Notes under the pieces: model-generated
Database searches by the model: none
What the model was told of the DNA's origin: nothing
Seen by the model: only the letters and a program-made list of their open reading frames with translations
Position numbers and translations under genes: made by a program
From: Patescibacteria group bacterium
GTDB lineage: Bacteria; Patescibacteriota; Patescibacteriia; UBA10025; JAHIVO01
Length of the DNA stretch: 64,000 bases
Assembly: GCA_028718605.1 (NCBI GenBank)
Contig: JAQULM010000001.1
Coordinates: 519,006 to 583,005 of the forward strand
Direction of reading: 5' to 3'
In this document: one piece after another, positions 26,669 to 35,777 of the stretch
How the letters are laid out: every line of letters begins with the position of its first letter
How positions within the stretch are numbered: position 1 is the stretch's first letter

Positions 26669-28999
26669 ATGTGGCCATTTTCAAAATCTGCGGACATCCT
26701 GGGGATTAATGCGCGGAATCTCCTCTACATCGCACGGTACAACACAAGAGCGAAGAAGCACCTCGCCGACGATAAAATCTACACCAAGCACTACCTGCAC
26801 GCTCGCGGCATCGGTACGGCGAAACTGTACTATTCGCTCCAGTCACTCGAGGAGCTCCGCCATTTTAATCCAGCTAGCCTCCCCAGGAGCTTCGTCATCA
26901 AGCCAAACCGCGGGTACGGCGGGGAAGGCATTATTGCAATTGCTGACCGGCGCGGCCAAACATTCATCGATGTCGACGGCCAGCGATATTCATGGTCGGA
27001 CCTGAACACGCATTGCGTCGGCATACTCGATGGAAAATACGCCATATCGGGCTTACACGACAAGGTGATTTTTGAGGAACGCCTGCTGCCGCACGAGTAT
27101 TTTAAAAAATTTATGGATGTCGGCCTCCCGGACATCCGCATTATCGTATTCCGGTACGTCCCCATTATCGCGATGCTCCGCCTGCCGACGCCTGAATCCA
27201 GGGGCAAAGCAAACCTTCACCTCGGCGCGATCGGGCTCGGGATCGACATCGGCACCGGCAAAACAACATTCGGGGTGCACCATAACCAACTTATCCGGAA
27301 ACTTCCAAACGGCGAATCAGTCCGGAGCATCAGTATCCCTGACTGGGACGCAATACTGCTCACTGCGTCAAAAACCCAGCATTACACGCAGATCGGTTAT
27401 CTGGCCGTCGACGTAGCGCCAACGAACAATGGCATAAAAATCCTGGAGCTCAACGCCCGCGCCGGCCTCGCGATACAAATATCAAACCAGGTGCTCCTGC
27501 GCAAGCGCCTTGAAAAAGTGGCTGACCTGAAAGTCGTGTCACCGGAAGAGGGGGTCAGGATTGGAAAAACGCTGTTTACCCGCATAGTGAAAAAAAGCCC
27601 AGACGACCAGCCAAAAAGCGCGAAACCAACCATCGGGCTCTTTGAGCATATCGCAATTATCAATACACCGTACGATTCAATGCTGGCGAAAGTCGACCCT
27701 CATAGCAGCACCAATTACTTTGACCAGAGCCTGACGCTCGGCGGGCTCGCGAAAGTTATTACGATAAAATTAAAGGGCAAAAAAATCAAGATACCGTTCG
27801 AGCAAGCCGATCTTTCCAACATTCCGTACCGTGCAATTCTCGGCGGCAAATATCTCGCTGATTTTCTCATCGACATTACCCAAAAAGTGCCCTTTGCGAA
27901 CACTGCCCCCTTCGAATCTCGCGAGGAAAAAATTCTTCTGAATATCGATAAAAAAGTATGCTCTATAAACGAGCAGATCAATCTCCTTGCCGGGCTGAAG
28001 CCGGTCAATCTGGCCGAGCAACAGCGCGAATTCCTGAAAAACCCGACGAAGTCCCCACAATTTGTGTATAGAAAATTAACCGTTGATTGCGAACAACTTC
28101 GGAATGAATTGAAAAAAATTCCGCAAAACCTCAACCATCCATTTATCGAACTGTATCGCCGGAAAATCCGCGAGATCGAAAATAAACTCTCTATCATCGA
28201 ACATGTCGGCGAACCGGATGCCCTTACCTACGCGCACGAATTGTACGGTTCAGTCACCTACGACCAGTATGAAGCTGCGGTGCGCATGCTCCGACAGGAG
28301 TCCATGGAGGCTGACACGAGCAAGAAACTCCGCATGGACGACGTCATCGACAGGATCGGACACTACCTTGCTGAAAAAAAACTGACGCGGTGGAAAATCA
28401 AAATCCTCGACTCAGCGACAGCAGACATGCAAGTCAATAAAAAGAATGCGATCATGGTGCGCAAAAAAGCGCAGATCACGGAAAACCGCCTCAGGGCGTT
28501 GATTGCCCACGAAATCGAAACGCACATTTTCCGGCTAGAAAACGGCCGCCTACAGCGGTACCGCCTGTTCGAACAGGGGACAGCGAGCTACCTCCCGACA
28601 GAGGAGGGACTCGCCATCTACAACCAGCGGCGGCTCAATATTCCGCTCGGCGCGAAACATTTTTCTCCAGCGCTGAATGTCATCGCGGCATACCACGGGC
28701 AATCAATGCCGTTCCACGAGCTCCACCGGCTTCTCACGGCCGAATACCAGCAAAACCCGGTCCGTGCATGGCAGCTGTGCGTACGGGTAAAGCGGGGGCT
28801 TGGGGACACCACAGCGCCCGGCGCGTTCATGAAGGACATCGTATACTTCCTCGGGTACCATATGATAACCAACCTCGTGCTGGAAAAAGGCACGAGCGAG
28901 CTCAGAAAATTGTATATCGGAAAAATCAGCGCCGCAGACCTCTCGATACTGGGTGACACGAGCTCCTGGCCGGTCCGGTTCGTCCCCGACTACCATTAA
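26669..28999 (+). CDS. fusion of an ATPgrasp_ST-type ATP-grasp ligase (N-terminal) and a DUF1704/MATCAP-like Zn-metallopeptidase (C-terminal; HEIETH, TEEGLA motifs)
   Basis: N-terminus INARNLLYIARYN…FVIKPNRGYGGEGI (ATP-grasp). C-terminus AHEIETHIFR (HExxH) and YLPTEEGLAIY (a QEGLA-like motif). 776 aa. Confidence 0.6.
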   Translation: MWPFSKSADILGINARNLLYIARYNTRAKKHLADDKIYTKHYLHARGIGTAKLYYSLQSLEELRHFNPASLPRSFVIKPNRGYGGEGIIAIADRRGQTFIDVDGQRYSWSDLNTHCVGILDGKYAISGLHDKVIFEERLLPHEYFKKFMDVGLPDIRIIVFRYVPIIAMLRLPTPESRGKANLHLGAIGLGIDIGTGKTTFGVHHNQLIRKLPNGESVRSISIPDWDAILLTASKTQHYTQIGYLAVDVAPTNNGIKILELNARAGLAIQISNQVLLRKRLEKVADLKVVSPEEGVRIGKTLFTRIVKKSPDDQPKSAKPTIGLFEHIAIINTPYDSMLAKVDPHSSTNYFDQSLTLGGLAKVITIKLKGKKIKIPFEQADLSNIPYRAILGGKYLADFLIDITQKVPFANTAPFESREEKILLNIDKKVCSINEQINLLAGLKPVNLAEQQREFLKNPTKSPQFVYRKLTVDCEQLRNELKKIPQNLNHPFIELYRRKIREIENKLSIIEHVGEPDALTYAHELYGSVTYDQYEAAVRMLRQESMEADTSKKLRMDDVIDRIGHYLAEKKLTRWKIKILDSATADMQVNKKNAIMVRKKAQITENRLRALIAHEIETHIFRLENGRLQRYRLFEQGTASYLPTEEGLAIYNQRRLNIPLGAKHFSPALNVIAAYHGQSMPFHELHRLLTAEYQQNPVRAWQLCVRVKRGLGDTTAPGAFMKDIVYFLGYHMITNLVLEKGTSELRKLYIGKISAADLSILGDTSSWPVRFVPDYH

Positions 29000-29021
29000 C
29001 ACGCATCCAGCCGGCAGCCGG

Positions 29022-29405
29022 TTATGCAATCCGGCGATGGCGAAAATAATCGCGTGCTGCCACGACGTCACGCTTGATTTGTTGCATCAGCCCCGCTGGA
29101 TCCGAAAAGCGGATAAGCGGGCGAATTTTCCGCCGTAGCGCGATGGTAATGACACGGCCGTACAGGTCCCCATGGAAACCCAGCAGGTGCGCCTCCACTT
29201 TCCTCACGCGTGGATTATGTTTGCCGTGCATTCCGATGACCACGAGCGCAGGGTGCACGGCATCCCCAACCGCCACCGATGCTATATACACGCCGGCATA
29301 GATCCGCTTGCCGGCGATCGCACGCCAGGGAATATTGGCAGTCGGATAGCCGTGTTTCCGCCCGTATCGATCACCAGGAATAACAATTCCCTTAATATAC
29401 CTCAT
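29022..29405 (-). CDS. riboflavin kinase (stand-alone RibF C-terminal domain)
   Basis: PGDRYGRKHGYPTANI…GVY…VVIGMHG… flavokinase motifs; 127 aa. Confidence 0.65.
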   Translation of the reverse strand: MRYIKGIVIPGDRYGRKHGYPTANIPWRAIAGKRIYAGVYIASVAVGDAVHPALVVIGMHGKHNPRVRKVEAHLLGFHGDLYGRVITIALRRKIRPLIRFSDPAGLMQQIKRDVVAARDYFRHRRIA

Positions 29406-30181
29406 GGATGCAAAACTTTTAGCAACTGGCGGCGGACGCGCCCATTGGTGGCAACCACGCCCTGGCTATGAATCGTCCATGGCTTTCCTGTGTAATCCGT
29501 CACCGTGCCACCAGCTTCATGGACCAAGAGGACGCCAGGAAGAATATCCCATGAAGTAATGCCAGGGGGCACAACGACGCCAGCGGCGACCCGGCCAGCA
29601 GCCACGAATGCAAGTGTCAACGATGTGGAGCCAAAATGTCGCATGTTGAGCGCACGCCCTTGCAGCTGTCGCTGCACGAGCATATATCGCTGGCGCGATG
29701 CATTCGCTCTGGAACGAGCGAGTGTTATGATTGAATTCCGCAGCAAAGCCGTTGGTGATACGCGAATCCGCTTGCCATTGAGGAATGCGCCGCCATTATC
29801 TTCCGCATAGTAGAGCTCATTGAGCGCGGGTGCGTATTCTACGCTCACCAATATCCTGCCCTGGCGCCGCAACGCTATCGCCGTGCAAAATAGCGGATTG
29901 CCGATAATATAATTGGTCGTGCCATCAATCGGATCAATGACCCATTCATAAATGTCCGGATGGTCCTCAAGCCCGGTTTCCTCACTCAGGATATCGTGCG
30001 TCGGGAAGTGCTTCTTGATCAGGCCAAGAATAATTTTATTTGCCTGGAAGTCAGCGCGCGTTACCCGGTCAAATTCACTCTTCCGGTGGATCTCCGTGTG
30101 GCGGAGGCGCTGGTAATACTTCATCAGGCACGCACCCGCGAGCCGCGCGGCGCGAATGGCGATGGTACTGTGGTGTGTCAT
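29402..30181 (-). CDS. inositol monophosphatase family protein (second paralog)
   Basis: WVIDPIDGTTNY motif. Confidence 0.75.
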   Translation of the reverse strand: MTHHSTIAIRAARLAGACLMKYYQRLRHTEIHRKSEFDRVTRADFQANKIILGLIKKHFPTHDILSEETGLEDHPDIYEWVIDPIDGTTNYIIGNPLFCTAIALRRQGRILVSVEYAPALNELYYAEDNGGAFLNGKRIRVSPTALLRNSIITLARSRANASRQRYMLVQRQLQGRALNMRHFGSTSLTLAFVAAGRVAAGVVVPPGITSWDILPGVLLVHEAGGTVTDYTGKPWTIHSQGVVATNGRVRRQLLKVLHP

Positions 30182-30690
30182 AGGGTATTAAGCATTTTCA
30201 GCGCGAGAGCGCCTGTTTCGGTATCGTACAGCGCGAAGGTCGGCTGGTAAAAAATATTCGCGAGGTTGCCGGGATTCACGAGCTTGGTGGAGCCGACCAT
30301 TTCTTCCCATGGCTTGTGGTTGTGGCCGTAAAAAACAATGTCATGGGCCGCCTCCGCCGCAAGCGCTTTGGCCATATAGGGATAATGGACAAAAGCAATT
30401 CGCATCTCGCCAATCTGGAGCTCCCCAATATCACCATGAATTTTGACATTTTTACATTCTTCGTATGCGAGCCGTGCCATATTATATTTATCCCCATCCA
30501 CATTGCCAAAGCACAGATGTATGGGCCCGGCGAAATGATCCGAAAAAAACTTGAGTGTTCCTGGTGCGCAGACGTCACCGCAATGAATCAGCGTTTCGAC
30601 ATGTTCATTCGTTATAAACGTGAGCGTCTTCTCAATATTCGGAAGGTTATCGTGTGAATCAGATACGATAGCAATTTTCATGAAAATCAA
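30178..30690 (-). CDS. YfcE/MJ0936-type metallophosphoesterase
   Basis: IVSDSHDN…GDV…GNVD…GHNH calcineurin-like motifs. Confidence 0.7.
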   Translation of the reverse strand: MIFMKIAIVSDSHDNLPNIEKTLTFITNEHVETLIHCGDVCAPGTLKFFSDHFAGPIHLCFGNVDGDKYNMARLAYEECKNVKIHGDIGELQIGEMRIAFVHYPYMAKALAAEAAHDIVFYGHNHKPWEEMVGSTKLVNPGNLANIFYQPTFALYDTETGALALKMLNTL

Positions 30691-31452
30691 TTAAATGGTA
30701 ATTTCCATAAGATCTTGGGCGATTATAATCTCGCCCTGGAACGTCTTCCGGGCCTCTCCGAGAATATCAATCCGCTCGACAGCGGGATAGAAATGGGTAA
30801 GTGCCAGCTTTTTTACTCGTGCTTTCGACGCAAGTTCCCCGGCCTGTGATGGCGTGCAATGCCCTGGCATCGGTTGCGCCGCAGCCGAATCAATAAGCAA
30901 GAGGTCTGCTTTTTTCGCGAGCTTGACGACAGCTTCACTGAACCCTACGTCCCCCGTATACACAAACGATAAGCCCTCATATTCAACGCGGTACCCAATC
31001 GAGTTTTTCACGAGCGTGCTCGTTTGCTCCTCCAGGGCGCGCGTTTTAACCATAACATTGCCTATTTCAATATGCGAATTCTTCATTTCGGTCATTGCAA
31101 CGGGATACCCCGCTTTCTCGTAGAACTGCGGCCAGTATGCCTGCAGCATTTTCTTGAAAAACTTTTTAAACCCTTTCGGACCGACCACCTGAAGCTCGCG
31201 CGTGCGCTTATTCTCCCCCCAATGCAAATACCACAAGAGCGCGGGAAGTTCTGCTACATGGTCAACGTGCGTATGCGTATACATGAGATAATCGAGCGTA
31301 AGCGGATCACGGCCAGCCTCTGCCATACGCCGTTTCGTTCCTTCGCCGCTATCAAGCAAAAACGCCTTATCCCCAGCTTCTAAAAGATATGCTGATGCTG
31401 ACCGTTTGGCCGAGGGAACCAGCGTTCCCGAACCAAGTATCGTAAGTTTCAT
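30691..31452 (-). CDS. MBL-fold metallo-hydrolase
   Basis: HTHVDHV motif; start set at MKLTILGSG (ATG 31450-31452) inside ORF 30691..31533. Confidence 0.65.
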   Translation of the reverse strand: MKLTILGSGTLVPSAKRSASAYLLEAGDKAFLLDSGEGTKRRMAEAGRDPLTLDYLMYTHTHVDHVAELPALLWYLHWGENKRTRELQVVGPKGFKKFFKKMLQAYWPQFYEKAGYPVAMTEMKNSHIEIGNVMVKTRALEEQTSTLVKNSIGYRVEYEGLSFVYTGDVGFSEAVVKLAKKADLLLIDSAAAQPMPGHCTPSQAGELASKARVKKLALTHFYPAVERIDILGEARKTFQGEIIIAQDLMEITI

Positions 31453-31462
31453 ACTGTTTTTG

Positions 31463-32110
31463 TTATGTTGATAAATACCCCCGTATCCAATAGTATACCG
31501 TCGCAAGGTACTCCCGCACAACAGCACGGGCATCGGTATAATTGCGAAAGAGGTTTTTTCCCGTCATGTCCCGGAACGCGGCAACGCAGGTGATAGCCAT
31601 GCCCACATGCTTAAATACCGCGCATGCCCGCTTCGTATGGTATGCGGACGTGACAACGAGCGCCGTATCGAAACCTTCGTGCTCCATGATTGCCTTGGTA
31701 TTCAATGCATTCTCATGCGTACTCGACGACGCCGGTTCCTCAATAATGCTCTCAGCTGGCTGGCCGAGGAACTCCGCATAATTCCTCATGATATCGCTTT
31801 CGCTATACGTATGCCCTTTAACTACGCCGCCGGCGAAAATTATATGCTCCGCGTACCCGCCACGGTACAGCTCGATGCCGCGCTGTACGCGTTCTTGCAC
31901 TGACCATGGCAGGGTCTGAGTATCAGTTACCACGCCGCCGCCGAGGACGATGATAACATCACGTGCCTCCGGTTGTTCATTGCGTACGAGCGGTTTGGAA
32001 ATGAAATCGGCAATATTAAACAGTGTCATTGCTAGCGCGAGCACGGCGACGCCAAATCCGCACCAGAGGACAATACCAGCCAACCTACTTTTTTGTTGTG
32101 CCACTATCAT
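31463..32110 (-). CDS. DUF218/YdcF/SanA-family membrane-anchored protein
   Basis: N-terminal TM helix then VIIVLGGG…SAYH… DUF218 motifs. Confidence 0.55.
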   Translation of the reverse strand: MIVAQQKSRLAGIVLWCGFGVAVLALAMTLFNIADFISKPLVRNEQPEARDVIIVLGGGVVTDTQTLPWSVQERVQRGIELYRGGYAEHIIFAGGVVKGHTYSESDIMRNYAEFLGQPAESIIEEPASSSTHENALNTKAIMEHEGFDTALVVTSAYHTKRACAVFKHVGMAITCVAAFRDMTGKNLFRNYTDARAVVREYLATVYYWIRGYLST

Positions 32111-32946
32111 AGTGATTGCCGTATCCCCTTAAGGGTCCTCATGTCATCAGCATCCGAGTCGTCTTTCGGAGTTTCAAGAATCCAATCAACGTCATGAATA
32201 CGTGCAGCGCCAATAAGGGCACGGAAGCCGTCAATGCCAATCATACCGTTGCCGATATGCTCATGCCGGTCTGACCGCGAGCCAAGCTCTGCTTTCGCGT
32301 CATTCGCATGCACGAGCTGAAGTTTTTCAAGGCCGATCGCTTTATCAAACGCTTTCAGGGTTTTTGCAACAGCTGCCTTTTCCCGCACGTCATACCCTGA
32401 AACAAACGCGTGGCACGTGTCAAAACAAACGCCGATGTGGATCCTCGGGTACGCCTTGATAATCGCCCCGATCTCGTCAAACGTATCCCCGATAATAGTG
32501 CCGCCAGCGCCTGCTGAGTTTTCGATGAGGAATTGGGCACTGCCAGTATAACCGTCCAGTATTTTACCGACGCCTTCGATAACTTTCTTCAGCGCCTGCG
32601 CTTTGCCCAAATCTTTCGACGAACCGAGGTGCGTCATGACAGCACGCGCGCCGAGCAGGGACGCGCGGTCGAGTTCATCGCGGATGACTTTTATGGACCC
32701 ATAGCGTATTTTTGGGCTCGATGACGCAAGGTTGATGTAGTACGGCGTGTGGATGTACGCGGCCGCTTGCCGGTGTTTCTTCATATTCGCCGTAAACTGC
32801 GCCACAATTTTATCATCCAACACTGGGGCAGGCCCGCCCTGCGGCGGCCGCGAAAACATCTGGAAGCACTCGCAGGCGGCGCGCTCCGCGTTCACCGGCG
32901 CGTTCGCGATACTGCCTGCGATAGAAACATGTGCCCCGATATTCAT
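32107..32946 (-). CDS. nfo: endonuclease IV (AP endonuclease family 2)
   Basis: MNIGAHVSIAG…HLGS…ENSAGAGG…GVCFDTCH metal-binding motifs. Confidence 0.8.
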   Translation of the reverse strand: MNIGAHVSIAGSIANAPVNAERAACECFQMFSRPPQGGPAPVLDDKIVAQFTANMKKHRQAAAYIHTPYYINLASSSPKIRYGSIKVIRDELDRASLLGARAVMTHLGSSKDLGKAQALKKVIEGVGKILDGYTGSAQFLIENSAGAGGTIIGDTFDEIGAIIKAYPRIHIGVCFDTCHAFVSGYDVREKAAVAKTLKAFDKAIGLEKLQLVHANDAKAELGSRSDRHEHIGNGMIGIDGFRALIGAARIHDVDWILETPKDDSDADDMRTLKGIRQSL

Positions 32947-32953
32947 ATGTTCT

Positions 32954-34243
32954 CTACTTTTTCCCGTCAGCAATTGAATGGAAAAACTCCATGACCTTGC
33001 GGCTGCGGATATTCGTCCTCAAGTAGCTCCGGTAATCATCAGACGTAATCTGCTTCAGGATGTCCGGCTGGTCGTGGTACTGTTCGCGTGCTTTGTCGAT
33101 TTCCCGGGTGATTTCCTCATCACGTGCTGTGATGTTCTCCCGTTCCGCGACGTGCCGAAGAATGAGTGCAGCTTTGATGCGCTCGACAGCGCGCGGGGCA
33201 AGCTCCTTTTCCAGGCTTTCCTTCGTCTTCTTGATACTCGTGAGGTAATCCTCGAACTTCATGCCCTGCGATGACACGTCATGCTCGAGCTCATGCATCA
33301 TCTTGTGCGCTTCCGCTTCGAGAAGCATGTCGGGAATAGGACCAAACGTGGACTTCTTGATAATCGCATCAAGGACGGCAAGTTCCCACCGCTCGCCTTC
33401 TTTTTCCTGTTTCTCCTGCAAAATATTACCCTCGATCTTCTTGCGTAAATCGTCGAGCTTCTCAAACTTGCCGACCTGCTGCGCAAATGCGTCATCGGCT
33501 GGCGGAAGCTCCCGCTCAAATACCGCATTGACAGTTACCTTGAATTCTACCGGCCGATTCGCCATATCCTTGCGGTGGTACTCCTTGGGAAACTTCACGG
33601 AGAACTCTTTGGTCTGCCCCTCGCTCAAGCCAATAAGCTGCTCCTCGAAACCGGGGACAAACCGTCCTTCTCCGAGCATAAGGGACTGGTTCTTGGTTGC
33701 CCCGCCGTCGAGCGGTACTGAATCAAGAAACGTAGCAAGATCGGCTTCAATTTTGTCTCCGTTCTGCACAGGGCGCTGCACGCGCTTTTCCTTCGCGAGC
33801 AGCTTCCGGAGATTCTGGATTGCGTCGTCAGTTTCCTTGGGTTCAACAACAGGCGTGCGTTTCTGCTCTTTGATGTTCTTATAATCGGCAATTTCAACCG
33901 TCGGCACGAGCGATGCGACCGCGCGGTATGAAAATGGGTTGCCTGGCGCGATTTTCTCCACGGCAATCTGCGGAGAGCCGACCGTTTGCAGTTTGTGGTC
34001 GATGACTGCCTGGCTGTACGTTTTCTCCACGGCACGTTCAGCCGCGTCCTGGTACACGCGCATTTCGCCGACGCGTTTTACGACGACATCATAGGGCGCC
34101 TTGCCGGGACGGAAGCCGGGGATATTCGAAGACGATGAAATTGACGTTGCGGCGCGTTCGAGATACGGGCGCATATCGTCAGGCGAGAGCTCCACGGAAA
34201 GCTCAACCTGGCCTTTCGGTAATTCTTTGACAGTAACATTCAT
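32954..34243 (-). CDS. tig: trigger factor
   Basis: MNVTVKELPKGQVELSVEL… ribosome-binding N-domain through PPIase-like domain to C-terminal arm; 429 aa. Confidence 0.85.
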   Translation of the reverse strand: MNVTVKELPKGQVELSVELSPDDMRPYLERAATSISSSSNIPGFRPGKAPYDVVVKRVGEMRVYQDAAERAVEKTYSQAVIDHKLQTVGSPQIAVEKIAPGNPFSYRAVASLVPTVEIADYKNIKEQKRTPVVEPKETDDAIQNLRKLLAKEKRVQRPVQNGDKIEADLATFLDSVPLDGGATKNQSLMLGEGRFVPGFEEQLIGLSEGQTKEFSVKFPKEYHRKDMANRPVEFKVTVNAVFERELPPADDAFAQQVGKFEKLDDLRKKIEGNILQEKQEKEGERWELAVLDAIIKKSTFGPIPDMLLEAEAHKMMHELEHDVSSQGMKFEDYLTSIKKTKESLEKELAPRAVERIKAALILRHVAERENITARDEEITREIDKAREQYHDQPDILKQITSDDYRSYLRTNIRSRKVMEFFHSIADGKK

Positions 34244-34257
34244 TGAACACTTCTATA

Positions 34258-34842
34258 TTAAAATTTATTTTTCTGCAAATGGAGCGCGTATCCGAGAAGG
34301 TTGAAAATAGTATGGACAAGGATGCCAAGCAGTATGGCCATAAACCCCGCCGCCCACCCCGGGAAATACACGATGCTCACGAGCGCGAATGCGCCGATGG
34401 AATAATCGACCTGGTCAAAGGGGAACCAGCTCACGCCCGGCTCGCGGTTGATGCGGCGTTTGAAAAAACTCTTGAGGGCGTCTCCCCACACAGCGCCTAA
34501 CCCCTGCAAGAGGCCGATGGCCCACGATGCCTGAGTATAATTGAACATACTGATATCCTGCAGCGCATTGTACCGGTACAGCCATCGCTGGATAAGGAAG
34601 GTTAAAACGCCAAACAGCGTGCCGAAAATAATGCCGCGCCACGTCTTGTGGTCCCCGAACACCCGCTTCCCCCGCCACGAACGGCCGAAATCAACGGGGA
34701 CACCGAGGATCGGAATAAACCGCGACAGGGACGCGGCGAGGTTCGCAATTCCCGTTGGGAGAAAAAACCAGACAGTTTTTAGGATCAGATCAACCATAGA
34801 CCAATGCAATGTATACGTGTGGTTATTGTACCAATAGAACAA
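34258..34842 (-). CDS. CDP-archaeol synthase-like (CarS/DUF46) CTP-transferase-family membrane protein
   Basis: 5-TM protein with GDHKTWRG and GDALKSFFKRRI motifs reminiscent of CarS/CdsA cytidylyltransferases. The family call is tentative. Confidence 0.4.
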   Translation of the reverse strand: MFYWYNNHTYTLHWSMVDLILKTVWFFLPTGIANLAASLSRFIPILGVPVDFGRSWRGKRVFGDHKTWRGIIFGTLFGVLTFLIQRWLYRYNALQDISMFNYTQASWAIGLLQGLGAVWGDALKSFFKRRINREPGVSWFPFDQVDYSIGAFALVSIVYFPGWAAGFMAILLGILVHTIFNLLGYALHLQKNKF

Positions 34843-34869
34843 CGGCTTTAAAAGGCATGCAACAGCAGG

Positions 34870-35763
34870 CTATCCAAGCTTTTCGAGCGCCCGTTTGCCC
34901 TGTTCGATGCCGTGCTGGTACAATTCCAGCAATTTTGCACGGTTAGTCGTCGAGTGTGAGTGGGGCAATTCGTTCTGGACAACGATCGCATTCGGATACT
35001 TGCTTAACCGGGACGCGTTAATAAAGCAGAAAAATGCCCGCAGCGGCTGGCACGCTATCCGAAAGCCAAACAGAATTGCCAGCAGAAACATCTGAAGTAT
35101 TTCGAACGGGAGCGCTTGCAGCGTATTGAGGATGGTCTTTCGATTATTGATAATATACACAACCTTTTTATCGGGATTGTCTGCGATCAAACGAAGATCC
35201 GCCTTGCTGCGTACATATCCGCCATCGAGATAGTCCCTGCCGGCTAACCTGACCGGCGATGCGTAGAATGGCGGCGATGACGCTGAGGCCTTCAGCGCAC
35301 GCAACGTGCCCGCGGTGCCATCACTATACCGCGCCTGCCGCTCTTGCATGTCGTATACGGCAACATTAAACGGTATCGGCTGCTCTTTGATCGCTGCCAC
35401 GTCCAACCGCTTCTGCGAAGATTCAACCTGCTCCAGATAATCAATATCAATGAGGTGATGAATCGGGTGCGACTTCCGAAACCGATGGATGGTTATATCG
35501 ACGAGGTACCGGAAAAAATTCTGCGGTTTGATGAAATTTCTTCCGATAAGATCCTCGTAGTAGATGCTCGCACCCAATCGTGCTTGGGGAGGATTCTTCC
35601 ATGCAGCTAAAAAGTAAGCGGCATTATGGGCGCCGGCGGATGTCCCGTAGATGCTGTGTATTCGCGGGTATAGATTGGCTTCATGGAACGCGGTTACGAC
35701 GCCAGCGCCAAACACGCCCAGCATTGCTCCGCCTTCGCTTATGACAATAACATCGCGCTCCAT
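34870..35763 (-). CDS. patatin-like phospholipase
   Basis: GGAMLGVFGAG, GTSAG (GxSxG) and DGG motifs. Confidence 0.7.
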   Translation of the reverse strand: MERDVIVISEGGAMLGVFGAGVVTAFHEANLYPRIHSIYGTSAGAHNAAYFLAAWKNPPQARLGASIYYEDLIGRNFIKPQNFFRYLVDITIHRFRKSHPIHHLIDIDYLEQVESSQKRLDVAAIKEQPIPFNVAVYDMQERQARYSDGTAGTLRALKASASSPPFYASPVRLAGRDYLDGGYVRSKADLRLIADNPDKKVVYIINNRKTILNTLQALPFEILQMFLLAILFGFRIACQPLRAFFCFINASRLSKYPNAIVVQNELPHSHSTTNRAKLLELYQHGIEQGKRALEKLG

Positions 35764-35777
35764 ATTTCAGGGGGTGC

